64,000 bases of DNA, from NCBI RefSeq assembly GCF_009914755.1, contig NC_060930.1; one strand, given 5' to 3'. A model generated the notes under the pieces. The model was given only the letters and a program-made list of their open reading frames with translations. It did not search any database and was not told where the DNA came from. Positions 32,391 through 51,190 of this stretch are shown here, piece after piece. Made by a program: the position numbers and the translations under genes. This DNA is from the human T2T-CHM13v2.0 reference genome, Homo sapiens. Each line of letters opens with the position of its first letter. Within the stretch, counting starts at the first letter, position 1.

Positions 32391-33861
32391 TCAGGATCAC
32401 TGGCCTTTTCCCTGTCCAGCCCATAGATTTCCAAAACGACATTCTCTAGTGAACCCATAGGCGGCTGGGAGTGGCCCGGGGTACCTTTCTATCAAGTTCT
32501 TTGAATAGTCAGTTGCTGTGGAGAGAGCAGACAGACCAGGTCTTTTGGGACAGCAGCGTGAGCCTAATCAGAGCTGCCAGAGGCCTGTGGGCCGGGGAGT
32601 CACACAGGACAAGCGGCAGGCCCAGAAATGGGAAGTACTTGGGCTTCCTGCAACCTGGAGGTTCAAATTCCAGCCAGCTGACTCCGGATTTTACCCTGCT
32701 AGATCAGAGATGTCCTCGCCACTGTGCTGAGGTGCCAGTCCAGGAAGACCTGGCCCCAGCAGCCCTGACCTCATGCCACTCAGGGGCAAATCCCCCTTAC
32801 CCCTAAGAGCTGTTTCCAGATGCAAACTGAAGCAAACTCTCACTACCAGAAGATTCCCTTGAGAATGTGGGCCCCAGAACAGGAATGTGATTGGAACCTG
32901 AAACAATAGGAATGGTGGCTGTGTGGCCCCTGCCACACACAAAAGGTAAAGTGGAGAGAATATGCTCAGTCATTAACAAAACAAACTCAAGGATTTTAAA
33001 AATTTAACCAAGACCTAAACCTTACTTCAATCTTTTCACAATTGCCATATGTCTGATTTGATTTCAAGGAACTTCTCTGCTACAGGTGACATTGACTTCT
33101 AAAAATTAAACCTAGAAGAGGGGGACAGTAGTTAGTATTCATGTGGCACAGGCTTCATGTTCTAAGTGTTACATATGTCAACCCACACAGTCCCCACAAG
33201 CACTGCTTCTTGTGCAGATAGGGAACGGGGCGGGGGTGGGGTGATTTGTGCTGCCCAAGGGATGCAGCTGAGACCAGGGAGTAGGAAGGACTTCAGGAGA
33301 CTCCCGGCATGAGAGCTTCATTCCAGCCTTCCAAGGAAGCTGGGACTGAGGAATGGGCCATGACCTCCCAGCTTTCTTTCCCTCTTCCTGCTAAGCTGTG
33401 AGCTGGGTGCAGGTGCATGAGCAAGTCAACAAGCCAGATGGGCCAGTCTGTGACCAAGGCAGGAATTAGTGCAGGTGACCCTCCAAAAAATGGAATTCTT
33501 TACTAAACTTTGGAGTCAGATGGAACTGCATGAAACCCTGGCTTTTAATCCAGTTTTTTCATTTTTTTTTTCCCCAGAGATGGGGGTCTTGCTCTGTTAC
33601 CCAGGCAGAGTGCAGCAGTATGATCAGAGCTCACTGTAGCCTTGAACTCCTGGGCTCAGATGATTCTCCCATCTCAGCCTGTGAGTAGCTAGGACTATAG
33701 GTGCACGCCACCACACCCAGCTAATTTTTTATTTTTTGTAGAGACAGGGTCTCCAGGTGTTGCCCAAAATGGTCTCAAACTCCGGGCTTCCAGCAACCCT
33801 CCGGCCTCAGCCTCCCAAAGTGCTGGGATTTCAGATGCAAGCCACCACACCTGACCCTTAA

Positions 33862-34221
<360 letters not shown>

Positions 34222-34344
34222 TAACACCAGGCCAGCTGTTTACCTACCCATCCAAGCTGTATTCTGTAATAGGAGCTGGACACATCTACCTCACCTCAAA
34301 AAGTTTTTGTGAAAACTACAAAGGAGAAAGTGTCTGACACATAG

Positions 34345-34629
<285 letters not shown>

Positions 34630-36390
34630 TGAACTCCTGGCTTCAAAGTTCCACCTGCCTTGGCCTCCCAAAGTTCTGGGATTACAGGTGTGAGCCATCC
34701 CGCCCAGCCTAAAGTACATTTTAATAGTGAATTTTTAAGAACTGCAAATTAAATAAAATGGCTTAAAAGATTAAAAAGGTTTAGTAACTTTTCTTTCCAA
34801 TGAAACATAGAAACTGGAGGGAGGGGGATGAAACCAAATAAAATGCTCTCCCTGAGGACAGGAGGAATGTTCCCATGCCATCCACTCTGGTGCCGCGGGT
34901 CTCTGGGTTCACAGGACCGGCTGGGAGCCTCAAGGGTCTCAGGACCCAGCCCCCTTGGCAGTGGCATCCTGCCCAAGGGACTTGCAGGACATGTTCGCAA
35001 TTTGTTTTTATTTTTAGGCACATCTGCAAATGCAGTTTGAAAAATACTAGTCCTCACAAAACCAGGGCAATTTTCCCCAGAGTTTTTCTAAAGCTGTAAT
35101 TGTAGCTGCCTTCCTTATTCAGTCAGAGCACAACCTCATCTTCCGCATGCAGCCAAGCACAGCCGCACAACCCTGCCCGCGCGCCTGTGATTTGGCGTCT
35201 TAATCTTTGGTCACTTGCGTCTTCTGAGTCTTGAGTAAATGTGCCATCTTCCTCAGCTAAGAAGTTCCACTTACGTTCTCCCCAACCTCGTGGAGGGCTA
35301 CCTCCTCACATGGCTCACAGGAGACTCTGCGTATTAACCTTGGCATGCAGAAGCTGAGGCTCAAGGTGGAAGGAGGGACCGCACATTCCAGCATCCAGCC
35401 ATGTGACTGACTGCACAACGGTGACTAATTTTCCTAGGAGGTATAAGCTGAGTTTCCGCTGCACTTCCCATTTTATCAAGTGTTTTATTTTGTGACCACA
35501 CAAGCTGATTAGGGTTCGGGGCAGTTGGGTGTATACTGCACCCCCAATCCTAAGCAAGCCTCAGTCCTTCGCTCTGCTAGCTCCATGCTCAAACCAAAAC
35601 AGCCCCTGACATACAAGAAAAGGCCAGTAAATGACTTATTCAATTGAGCAATCAATGCCCTGATACTGATGCAACTGTGTTTCACTAGTCAGAAATAACT
35701 GAAAATCAGACAAGAGGAGAGGTGGCCACAGGTAGAAAAAAAATTAAGAGGGTTGATTGATTGATTGATTTGAGATGGAGTCTCGCTCTGTTGCCCAGGA
35801 TGGAGTGCAGTGGTGCGACCTCGGCTCTCTGCAACTCTGCATCCCGCGTTCAAGCAATTCTCCTGTCTCAGCCTCCCGAGTAGCTGGGACAACAGTCATG
35901 TGCCACCACACCTGGCTAATTTTTGTATTTTTCACTAGAGATGGGGTTTGGCCATGTTGGCCAGGCTGGTCTCGAACTCCTGGCCTCAAGAGATCCACCC
36001 GCCTCAGCCTCCTAAGGTGCTGGGATTACAGGTATGAGCCACCACATCCAGCCAAGAGGGCTGACTTTAAATACACGTTTCAACTTGGATTAAAAATTGG
36101 TGGGGGCGGGGGGCGGTCTGGGCGTGGTGGCTCATGCCTGTAATCCCATCACTTTGGGAGGCCGAGGTGGGAAGATCACCTGAGGTTGAGAGACCAGCCT
36201 GGCCAACATGACAAAACCCCGTCTCTACTAAAAATACAAAAATTAGCTGGGTATGGTGGCACGGGCCTGTAATCCCAGCTATTTAGGAGGCTGAGGCAAG
36301 AGAATCCTTGAACCTGGGAGATGGAGGGTCCAATGAGCTGAGATAGTGCCGTTGCACTCCAGCCTGGGTGACAGAGCAAGACTCTGTCTC

Positions 36391-36421
<31 letters not shown>

Positions 36422-36615
36422 GAGGTGGGGCAGGCATAGTGGCTTACACCTGTAATCTCAGCCAAAGACAGGTTGGAACACTTGACTCCAGGAGTTTGAG
36501 ACCAGCCTGGGCAATACAGTGAATCCCCATCTCTATAAAAAATACAAAAAAATTGCCGGCACGGTCGCTCACGCCTGTAGCCCCAGCACTTTGGGAGGCT
36601 GAGGCGGACGGATCA

Positions 36616-37090
<475 letters not shown>

Positions 37091-37351
37091 TCAAGATCAA
37101 CCTGGTCAACACAGCCAGACTCTGTCTTACAAAAACTGGAGGGAGAGCATGGTATCAGGTGACCTGCTGAGAAAACTTCAGCTCTAAAACAATAGTTTGT
37201 AAAAGTGGTTTTCATACAAAATTCACAGACTAACATGCCAAGCATTCACTGCCACTCTTAAAACAGCCCCTCTCCTGTTTAACACTCTGAGGGCTGATAC
37301 TGGCATGGAGAGCTCTTAGTTTGACATGTGTGGGGAACTTGTGGCAGCTAA

Positions 37352-37969
<618 letters not shown>

Positions 37970-38194
37970 TAAAAAATTAGCCAGGTGTGGTGGCGCATAC
38001 TTGTAGGCCCAGCTACTTGAGAGGCTGAGGTGGGAGGATCGCTTGAGCCCGGGAGTCAGTGGTTGCAATGGGCCTAGACTGTGCCACTGCACTCCAGGTT
38101 GGGTGAAAGAGAAAGACCCTGTCTCAAAAATTCCCAGAGTAAAATTGACTCTCTAGGAGTGTATCATTCTATGAAAGATAACACATGTAGGCTA

Positions 38195-38581
<387 letters not shown>

Positions 38582-38652
38582 TTACCTTAGCCAATGATGG
38601 GAACAATACAATTAGGTTAGCAACCAAAACCTATCACTTAACACCAAAATTA

Positions 38653-38955
<303 letters not shown>

Positions 38956-39641
38956 TTAAGCACCAGGAAAAAAACACTACATCCCAGCCTCCCATATACA
39001 AACACCAAATCATTTTTGCTGGTTGGCTAGCGACCTTCATACTCTATGCTTCTACATTATACAATTTGAGGTCTTTAAACTTTTCATCATGGTGTCAATA
39101 CAATTCATATAAACATGCTGTTTTCCTTCTCATTGTTTCCAGGGTCTTTCTAGGCAGCGCTAAAAAGTAGCAGGTGAGACATTAATATAGGATATTACAT
39201 TTTCACCTAATCAAACCTGTGTCAGGGCTCACTCCAATTTTTCTCTTTGTAATTATTGGACATTCTGCTATGCTTCTGCTCACACAGGGGTGCTTAGGAG
39301 CCAAGAAAGAACCCACAGGGAGAGGATGTAAAGAAAATGTGTCAATATGGCACCTGTTAATAGATTGTTGGGATGCTGACTGTCTCATCCGCCAGTTCCT
39401 AACCAGCCTATCGTCTTGCTGGGCATGGAGAAGGTAGGCGGAATCACATAAAACTTTCCCATTATATTAGTTCTTCAGCAAGAAGATGGCATCTCTGGTA
39501 ACAACAACAACAAAAAAAAACGCTGGGCGTGGTGGTACACGTCTGTAATCCCAGCACTTTGGGAGGCCGAAGCTGGCGAATGACCTGAGGTCGGGAGTTC
39601 GAGACCAGCCTGACCAACATGCAGAAATCCCCTCTCTACTA

Positions 39642-39800
<159 letters not shown>

Positions 39801-39919
39801 TCAAGAAAAAAAAAAAAAAAAGAAAGGCTGGGCGCGGTGGCTCACGCCTGTAATCCCAACATTTTGGGAGGCCAAGGTGAGCGGATCATGAGGTCAGGAG
39901 ATTGAGACCATCCTGGCTA

Positions 39920-40072
<153 letters not shown>

Positions 40073-40238
40073 CTACAGCCTGGTGATAGAGCGAGACTCT
40101 GTCTAAAAAAAAAAAGCACGGTGGCTCATGCCTGTGATCCCAACACTTTGGGAGGCCAGGCAGGCAGATCACCTGAGGTCCGGAAACCAGCCTGGGCAAC
40201 ATGGTGAAACTCCGTCTCTACTACAAATACAAACATTA

Positions 40239-40445
<207 letters not shown>

Positions 40446-41189
40446 TCAAGGGCCACACAGACACCAGCTAACCCAGCAGCAGCAACTGGCGCTCTGGCTC
40501 CATCTTTCCTCTAGAATCCAAGAGGCTCTCTCCATTCATTTAGGAAATACGCACTGAACGCCTACTAAGTTATGAGACACCGGGTTAGAGGCTGGGGATG
40601 TGAAACTGTGAGGGAGATAAAAAATCTTGCCCAAGTCCCAGTACCGAGGAAAGCTTGACAGGCTCTTGTATGGTAGTATAAAGCCAATATCTAGGGATGA
40701 ATGGTTTAAAAAAAAAAGAGAGAAAAACGGACTGCAAGGGTGGAAGTGGGGAGCGGGTAACAAGAGAAAGTCCTCCATCCCAGCCGTTTATATACCTGGC
40801 TACCTGAAGGACTCAGTTCCTTACCTCAGTTTCCTGCAACCGTAGCTTTCTGGCACTATGCCACGCTGCCCTGTGGCATGTTTACTATTTGTATTCAACC
40901 ATTCAAAAGTTACTTTAAGGAGATGAACTGCACATTTCCAACTCTAGTGAGTAACCTTGTTCCTCCCGGCACTCTTGTCGAGTTAGCGTTTACGTGCAGA
41001 ATTCTTCCAGAAAGACCACCTGAGCAATCAATAAAACTTTTATCTCTGTAAAAACACCTTGTTTAAAATAGCTACATAGGGAGACGTAGGTAAACAAGCA
41101 CACAAGGGCCTCCAAATCGGTGGTGCACAGCTCACGGATGAGGCAAGGGCAAAGCATGCGTGGGAAATCACGTTTATCATAGAGAAGGA

Positions 41190-43070
41190 AAGGAGCGCTC
41201 ACGAGGAGCGGCGAGCGCCCCAGGCTTCAGCTTTGCGGCCGGCCGGCCAGGCCTCGCGCCAGCCCGGGTGCACACCCAAGGCGCCGGGCCCGCCTCCAGC
41301 TCCTGGGCAGCGGGAACCGCGAACCGCCGTGGAACGGCCGGGAAGGGAGCGCTGCGCCCCCTGGCGGCGGGGCCCATCCCTCTCCGCTCCCGGCCGCCGC
41401 CGCCGCGGGCCGGCCTCGCTCCATTTGCAGCCTCCGGAGGCTTCGTTCCTCCGAGCGGCTGCTCCCCCGGCCTCCCGCTCGCCGCCCGGCATCTCCCTCC
41501 AGTCCCCGCCCCCTGCTCCCGCTCCGACACCCCCTTCCACACGCCGAGCAGTGCCCCGCCAAAGCCCCGCCGAGCGCGAGCGCCAAGCCGCCGCGAGTAC
41601 GGCAGAGCCTTCCGGCCGCCCCGGCCGCTCCATCGCGGCGCCCGGCGGGGGTGCGGGGCCGGCGCGCGGCGCGAGTGGGGCGGGCGGCGGCGGCGGCGCG
41701 GACGGTTCCACCGCGCGAACCCCCCGCCCCCGCGCGGCGCGCGTGCTCCCCAGAACGCCATGGAGCCGCCGCGTTCCGAGCGGGCACAAAGGGGCGCGCA
41801 GCACAATGGGCGCGGCGAGCCCGTGGGCGCCCGGCGCCCGCTCCGGTCGCTCGGCCCGCGCGGGGGTGGGCGCTACTACCGGCGGGCGCGCTCGGAGCAG
41901 CCCCCCTCCGCGTCCCCTCCCCTGCTCCCGCCCCCACCCCGGCATGGATGTTGCAGCCACTCTACCGGCCGCTCGCCCCGGAGCCGCCAACGCTGCCGCC
42001 GCCGCGCGGCCGGCTTGATCCGCCCCGCACTTACCTGGGACGCGAGTTCTGTACTTTGCCGGGCGGGCCCGCGCCGAGTTTGGGCGCCACGTGGGGGGGA
42101 GGGCGCGGGGCCGGGGAGTGGGGGCCGCGCGCGGAGGGCCTGGCCAGGGCGGCCCGGGGAGGCGCTGGGGGCGGCGGGCGGGCGAGCGCCGTGTATTTTC
42201 CCCTCTCTTTGTGTGTGTCCGTGCGCTGCGCTCTCGCGTGACGTGACGGGACTCCGTGTGTCATTTCCGCACAAGGACACAGGAGCCCCCGCTGCAGTGG
42301 AACCACAACCCCTCCGCCCCCACCCCCGGCCCGCCCCTCCCCCTCAGCGGGGCACACGCGGGACCGGCGGCGGCGGCGCTCGGGCGTGAACGGCCGCGGC
42401 GGGGAGCTCGGGCGCGCACTCCCGGGACCCAGGCGGCCCGGCGCGCTCGGCCAGCGCAGTGGCTCCACGTGGGCCCGCGCTGGCTGCCCGGGGCGGGGGC
42501 GGCGGCCGCGCACCCACGGCGCGCCGGGCAGGCGCCGCGAACAATGTCCCCTGTACCCCATGTGTCCTCCCACCGCGAGTTCGTCCTCGGAAACGTGGTT
42601 TCTCAGACCCGAGAGTTTGGCCCCAAACGGCTTTTTCTACTTTTTTGCCCCTTGCGGGACGGCGACTGTGCGGAGCTTGTCCCGCCTCGCGCCCACGCCT
42701 CTCCCGCATTTTTGGCCTTTGGGCCGCAGCCCAGGCCCCCGGGGCCGGTCTTCCCGCGCCGCCACCGGCACAAAGACCTTGGGGCGCGAGGGCCCGGGTG
42801 GCTCCTGCGGCCCCGCGGGGCGGCATGGAGTCCGGCGGGACCCGGGAGAGCGACCCTGGCGCTGGGAAAAGCTGGCTCTGGCCACTCCCCCTGCACGGTG
42901 GCCGCCTTCTGTTGTGAGCCTCAGAGCTAAAATCTGCTCTTGCAACCCGAAGTTCTGGGGTGTGAGGCTGCGGAGCGAGAGCTTCGGAAGCGCCCGCGCT
43001 CACAGACACACACCCCACAAACACAAACCCACGGGCTGTCTGCGCCGAGCGCCTAAAATAGAAAAACACG
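41190..43070. promoter_or_regulatory. CpG island / BEND3 promoter
   Basis: About 1.9 kb of very GC- and CpG-rich, Alu-free sequence with many GC boxes. CACGTG E-boxes at 42088 and 42466, TCTCGCGTGA at 42232, and an overlapping TGACGTGA. Confidence 0.92.
42035..42460 (-). other. BEND3: BEND3 non-coding exon 1 (3' end firm, 5' end approximate)
   Basis: Perfect donor CAG|GTAAGT on the minus strand (plus-strand acttacctg, 42029-42037) inside the only CpG island, upstream of the coding exons. The TSS cannot be read from sequence. Confidence 0.7.
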
Positions 43071-45362
43071 AGTCACCAACTCAATAAAGGCTGATTCTGT
43101 CTACTCCTAACTCTTGGACTGTAGATTCCCAGTTGATAAATACGAAATCTACCCCTCGGGTATTTTCTCAAGTCTCAGTGGCTGGGTAGGGGGAGGGGGA
43201 GGTGCTGGGTGAGAGTCAGGGAAGCCCAATTCAACAGTTTAGCCACGTTTGTATTTTAGGCAAACAATGAGAATGTAAATTTAAGAAAAATCCTTTAATT
43301 TGCCGATCAAAGAAAGTATAAAAAGAAAAATGCAAATGATCCCATCTGCTGCTCACAGCTGACTGGCTGCAAGGGAGGACCATGTGGCACGGCCCTGCGC
43401 GGTCAGTGAATAGGTAGAATAGATTTTTAAAAGAAGGCATATGTTGGCTCCTTGCTGCCCAGTCGCGGCGAGGGTTTGAATTAACGTATAGTTTGGGTTT
43501 ACCGTACCCTCCTTCAGACCACTCCAATTGGGAATTTAGTAATTATGCAAGTTCCCCCCCTTCGGGCTTGAAATCAAAAGGCACAGGGTTAAGTTTGAGG
43601 AACTACGTGGAACATTCTCGAGCTGTATTTGGATTACTGGTTTAGTGAAGTCAGTACTAATTGCTATGCAAAATTAAGCAAGCAGCCTGAAGAACCAAGC
43701 CCTGCATCCAGGGGGTGCTTTTATAGAAGAATCTATACGTGCTCAGTGTCATTGAAAACAGGATGATGAAAAGAATGGGGCCGAGATAGCAGCCCTTCAA
43801 ATTCAAAAGACTTAGGTCGCCCTATCTACATTTAAAATAGGGCGGAGGGAGGAAGGGAGGAGGACTGCTTGGGGGAGAATGGTTAATTTATACATTCGCA
43901 GAAGACTGAGGGGAGGCACTTCGATTTCTGCAGAGAACTTGACTTTTACACTTGCACATTAAATAACACGTACGACACAGTACATCGCTTGACTTAGTTA
44001 ACAGATACACCAGTTTTATTCTCACCTTCAATTTAATGTGACAGTTATAATTAGAATTTTTAAAGTAGAAGTTGCATTTCATTAGTTCAGTTTTCTAGGA
44101 TTTCCCAGTAGAAGAGTTAGGAATAGTTAAGTAGCACTTAAGCACATTTTGCATTTAAATCACTTTGCTGTGGTGCTTTAAGAATGTAAAACGACCTTGT
44201 TAAATTTTTGGAAAGAGGACTAGATGAAACGTGTGTAGTGAGGGGATATATATTTAACCAATCTTTCACAGTGACAACTCAGGTTTTTAAGGAGAAATTA
44301 AATAATAAGACAATAGAAATAGAAATTAACATTTCTCTGTTCATATTGCTTGAAACAAAAGATTTCTGTCAAATACAATAATTGAACTGATATAGCTGAC
44401 TTTTCAAAACAACTTTCAGGAAACTCAAACGGACCTTGAATATTATTGTAAAAGTATGTATCTTATATTTGCATAAATGGATCTATCTACTTAACAAAGT
44501 AAGTGGCTTGTTTCAAATAAGTTATTAATAGAAATAGAAGTCATTGCTATCCAAGAAAGGAAATCACCTTCCTTCAAATGGTTTTCTATGTGGTTTTCTT
44601 TTTTATATGGAGAAGGAAAATAACGCATAAAGGTGAAAAATGTATTGGAATAGTTGTATATAATTTTGGAAACTTCAAGACATAATAGTTTTGAAAGTGC
44701 AGTAACAGTTCATGGTTCATACGGATGTGTGTGTAAAGACCCGGAAAAATAACAACCTGGTTTTTAGAGGTCTGCTCAATTTGAAATTGCTTAATAAAAA
44801 ATGCATTTTTCAAGATTTCAAATTAGAGCTGCTGCCATCGATCTAGTCAACTCATTTTCATTTGTACCTGAGTAAAATGTAGCAGGGGGAAAACTGGCTA
44901 CTTGACCATATAAAACACTGAGACACTAAATGTAAAAACTCAAATGGAAAATTGCGTTATATAAAATGGGATATAAAAGAAGATTGGGATATAAAATGTA
45001 AATATATATAATTAAGAGTGGCAGACAGACAGACATTAGGTTTCAGATAACTGTTACTCTAAAGGCTTTTATCATTGCTAAAATATATTTATAGTTGGCA
45101 AGACAATATTTAGTAGGACTTTTTTTCAGTAAAGACTTAAAACAACGCAACAGATTTCACTGTTACTTGTGAGACATTTCCACTTTATTTCTTGCCTGCT
45201 GGATGTATAATTTCGCCAAGTCTTCAACTTCAAACAGAAGTAGCTGGCAGATCCAGATTCTGTGAATACTCACAACAGAAAAGTAAGAGGGTGAAAAACA
45301 GGGGCGTGAGAGGTAGTACTATATTAAATAGGACCTACAGAAAGACATGCCTCAATGGTTAA

Positions 45363-45667
<305 letters not shown>

Positions 45668-46341
45668 TAGACGTGAGCCACCACGCCCGGCCAACAACTA
45701 TCTTTATTGGAATGTGGAGCAGGTAAGTGATATACCATGACCCAACATGAAAAAAATGAGGTTTCAAATGAAAAGTTACAGACAATTTGTGCTGGACATT
45801 TTCCTTATGTGTAGGAGAACTATTTAATAATTTATAGCAGCTTGAGATTGTAAGCACCCAGTACAGCCATCAGGATCTGATTTTTGTTGAATATCTGGTT
45901 TGCACAATAGGATTCTGCAAAAAGAAACATGAGGGAGAGTGAAAACTGCTGCAGTCCCACTCTCAATTTCAAGCCCTTGAGAAAACAAATGCCAATCTGA
46001 ACGGCAACTCATTCTGAGCCCACGCTGCTGGCTAGAGGCACTGTAGCCACTAGGGCCCCAGCACCCAGAGGGGTGCCCAAGGGCCTGTACTTAGGCCTTC
46101 CCCAACTGATCACACAGCTGCAGGGGCAGGCAGGAAGCAGGGAGCAAGTGTTGGCTGGCTTCCCAGCCAATCAGAGCTCATTAGAAATGAAAAAGGAGAC
46201 ACATACTGCTCTAGCAATTGACCAATTTTAAAAAAATTACTGTATGCTGTGGAGTGTGGTGGTTGAAGCCTGTAATCCCAATACTTTGGGAGTCCCAGGC
46301 AAGAGGACTGCTTGAGCACAGCAGTTTGAGCAGCCTGGTCA

Positions 46342-46554
<213 letters not shown>

Positions 46555-47019
46555 TTAGGAGGCTGAGGCAGGAGAATCTCTTGAACCCAGGAGGCAGAAG
46601 TTGCAGTGAGCCAAGATCACACCACTGCCCTCCAGCCTGGGCGACAAAGCAAGACTCTGTCTCAAAAAAAAAAAAAAAAAATCAAAAAATTAGTCAGGTG
46701 TGGTGGCACATGCCTGTAGTCCTAGCTACTCAGGAGGCTGAGAAGGGAGGATTGCTTGAGCCCAGGAGTTTGAGGCTGCAGTGAGCCATGATGGAATCCC
46801 GGCACTCCAGCCTGGACGACAGAGAAAGACCCTATCTCTGAGAAAAACAAAACAAAACAAAGACTCTAAATGATAGGATATATGTTAAGATTAGTCTTAT
46901 TTGCGCTGGGTGTGGTGGCTCACAGCTGTAATCCCAGCACCTTGGGAGGCCGAGGTAGGCAGATCACCTGAGGTCGGGAGTTCGAGATGAGCCCGACCAA
47001 CAAGGAGAAACCCCATCTA

Positions 47020-47235
<216 letters not shown>

Positions 47236-47686
47236 TCATTTGTGATAGCAAAGAAATCGAAGAGAACTTGGAAAATAGCTAAAAATACCTTCCATGACAT
47301 ACTATGTAAGCTTTTTTTTTTTTTTAAATACAGAGTTTCATTCTATCACCCAGTCCAGTGTGCAGTGGTATGATCATGGCTCATTGCAGCCTCAAACTCC
47401 AAGGCTCAAGCCATCTTCCCACCTCACCCTCTCAGGTAGCTGAGACTACAAGGCCAAATCACCAGGGCGGACTCTTTTTTTTTTCTCTTTTTATAGAGAC
47501 AGGGTCTTGCTGTGTTGCCCAGGCTGGTCTCAAACTCCTGGGCTCAAGTGATCCTCCTTGCCTTGGCCTCTCACAGTGTTGGGATTACAGGTGTGAGCCA
47601 TCATGCATGGCCTGTAAACTTTAGAAAGAGGAAAGGGAGGTGTTCTTTTTTATGGATATGGAAGAATGTTGATGACATATTGTTGA

Positions 47687-47979
<293 letters not shown>

Positions 47980-48046
47980 TGAGCCACCGTGCCTGGCCGA
48001 CAGATTTATATATAATGTGATCTTATTTTTGTCAAGAAGAACATCA

Positions 48047-48292
<246 letters not shown>

Positions 48293-49056
48293 TTATACAT
48301 GTGTGTGATGTTTGGTTGTTTTCCCCCATAATGAGTATCTACGTCTTTGTAGCCCTTTCCCCTCACACAGACTAAAAACAGTCATTACCATGGCCTAAAG
48401 AGCAGAAGTCACTCTAGAGTAGCTAAGTCATGCTCAGCTGGTGTAAGAGCCTAGACTTAAACACGTCACCAATCCCCCCCTTTCTCTACATAATTTTATG
48501 GCTGAAATAAAAGGAAGAGAAGAAATCCTGGTAAAAATGACCCCAAAGTAAATATGGCACTTGGTTACAGAATCCAAAGCCTCCTTTTTTCAAGTTGCTG
48601 AAGTGTCAACACGGTATTTTAAGAGGTCACTGTGAATATATGTAAGGATTTCCCTCTAGTCATTACACATGAGGGCCTGAGAAATAATAGGTGTCAACTG
48701 CCTGGTTCTACCGCTAAGGAAACTGGGGCAAAAAGAAAGGGTGGCTTGCTCAAGGCTATTGGGCTTTAGAATTATGGTTTTGGGTTCCACTTTCTAAATT
48801 ATTACTACCAAACATCAAACAGGCAAAAAAAAAAAAAAAAAAAAAAAAAAGAAAGAAACCGTCAAGGAGTGAAATCTATAAGGTCTGTGCTTCACAGAAT
48901 TGTATTCATTTAAATTATCAGGCCCTGCCCCCAACCTCACCCTTTAGTCCTTAGGCAGCTTAAGTCCCTTCCTCAAGAGGCCACATGTGTCCCAAGCCTG
49001 GGATGGAGGCCCTGTGCTGCACCCCCATGGCAGCTTGCTCTGTCCATGGAGACTCC

Positions 49057-50072
<1,016 letters not shown>

Positions 50073-50504
50073 GAGACCCTGCTCACAAGCAGCTGTAATT
50101 GCCTTTTTCTTCGTCTGTTTCCCTAGCTAGAATGTAAACTCCTGGAGGGCAGGACCGTGTCTGATCACTATACCTCCAAGTGCCTAGCACTGTGCCTGGG
50201 ACATAGTCGACTCTCAACAAATACTTGCTGAAAGAATACCTGAGTTGTTAGACACCAGTGTTCCATTCCCTTTCCTTTCTGTATAGATAAAAAACTGAAG
50301 GGTTAAAGGTTGAGAGCAGAACCATCCCTAGTCTATAATGAATGGTGCCTTCTGGAATTGTCCCTGCATCACACATACCGTTTTAAGGCAGTGATCCAAA
50401 GGTAGGCAGCCAATTCATGGCAGGCCCACACTACACTAACTCTGCAGTAATAATAATAGTATCACATAGCCATAAAGTTCTCTTCAGCCGTCCTCTTTCC
50501 ATAG

Positions 50505-51190
<686 letters not shown>

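Noticed and set aside
41160-43087. Many long overlapping ORFs (up to 409 aa) on both strands
   Set aside because: Expected from stop-codon scarcity in a CpG island. Low-complexity Arg/Pro/Gly/Ala translations with no recognisable domain. Only the spliced uORF frame is kept as a hypothesis.
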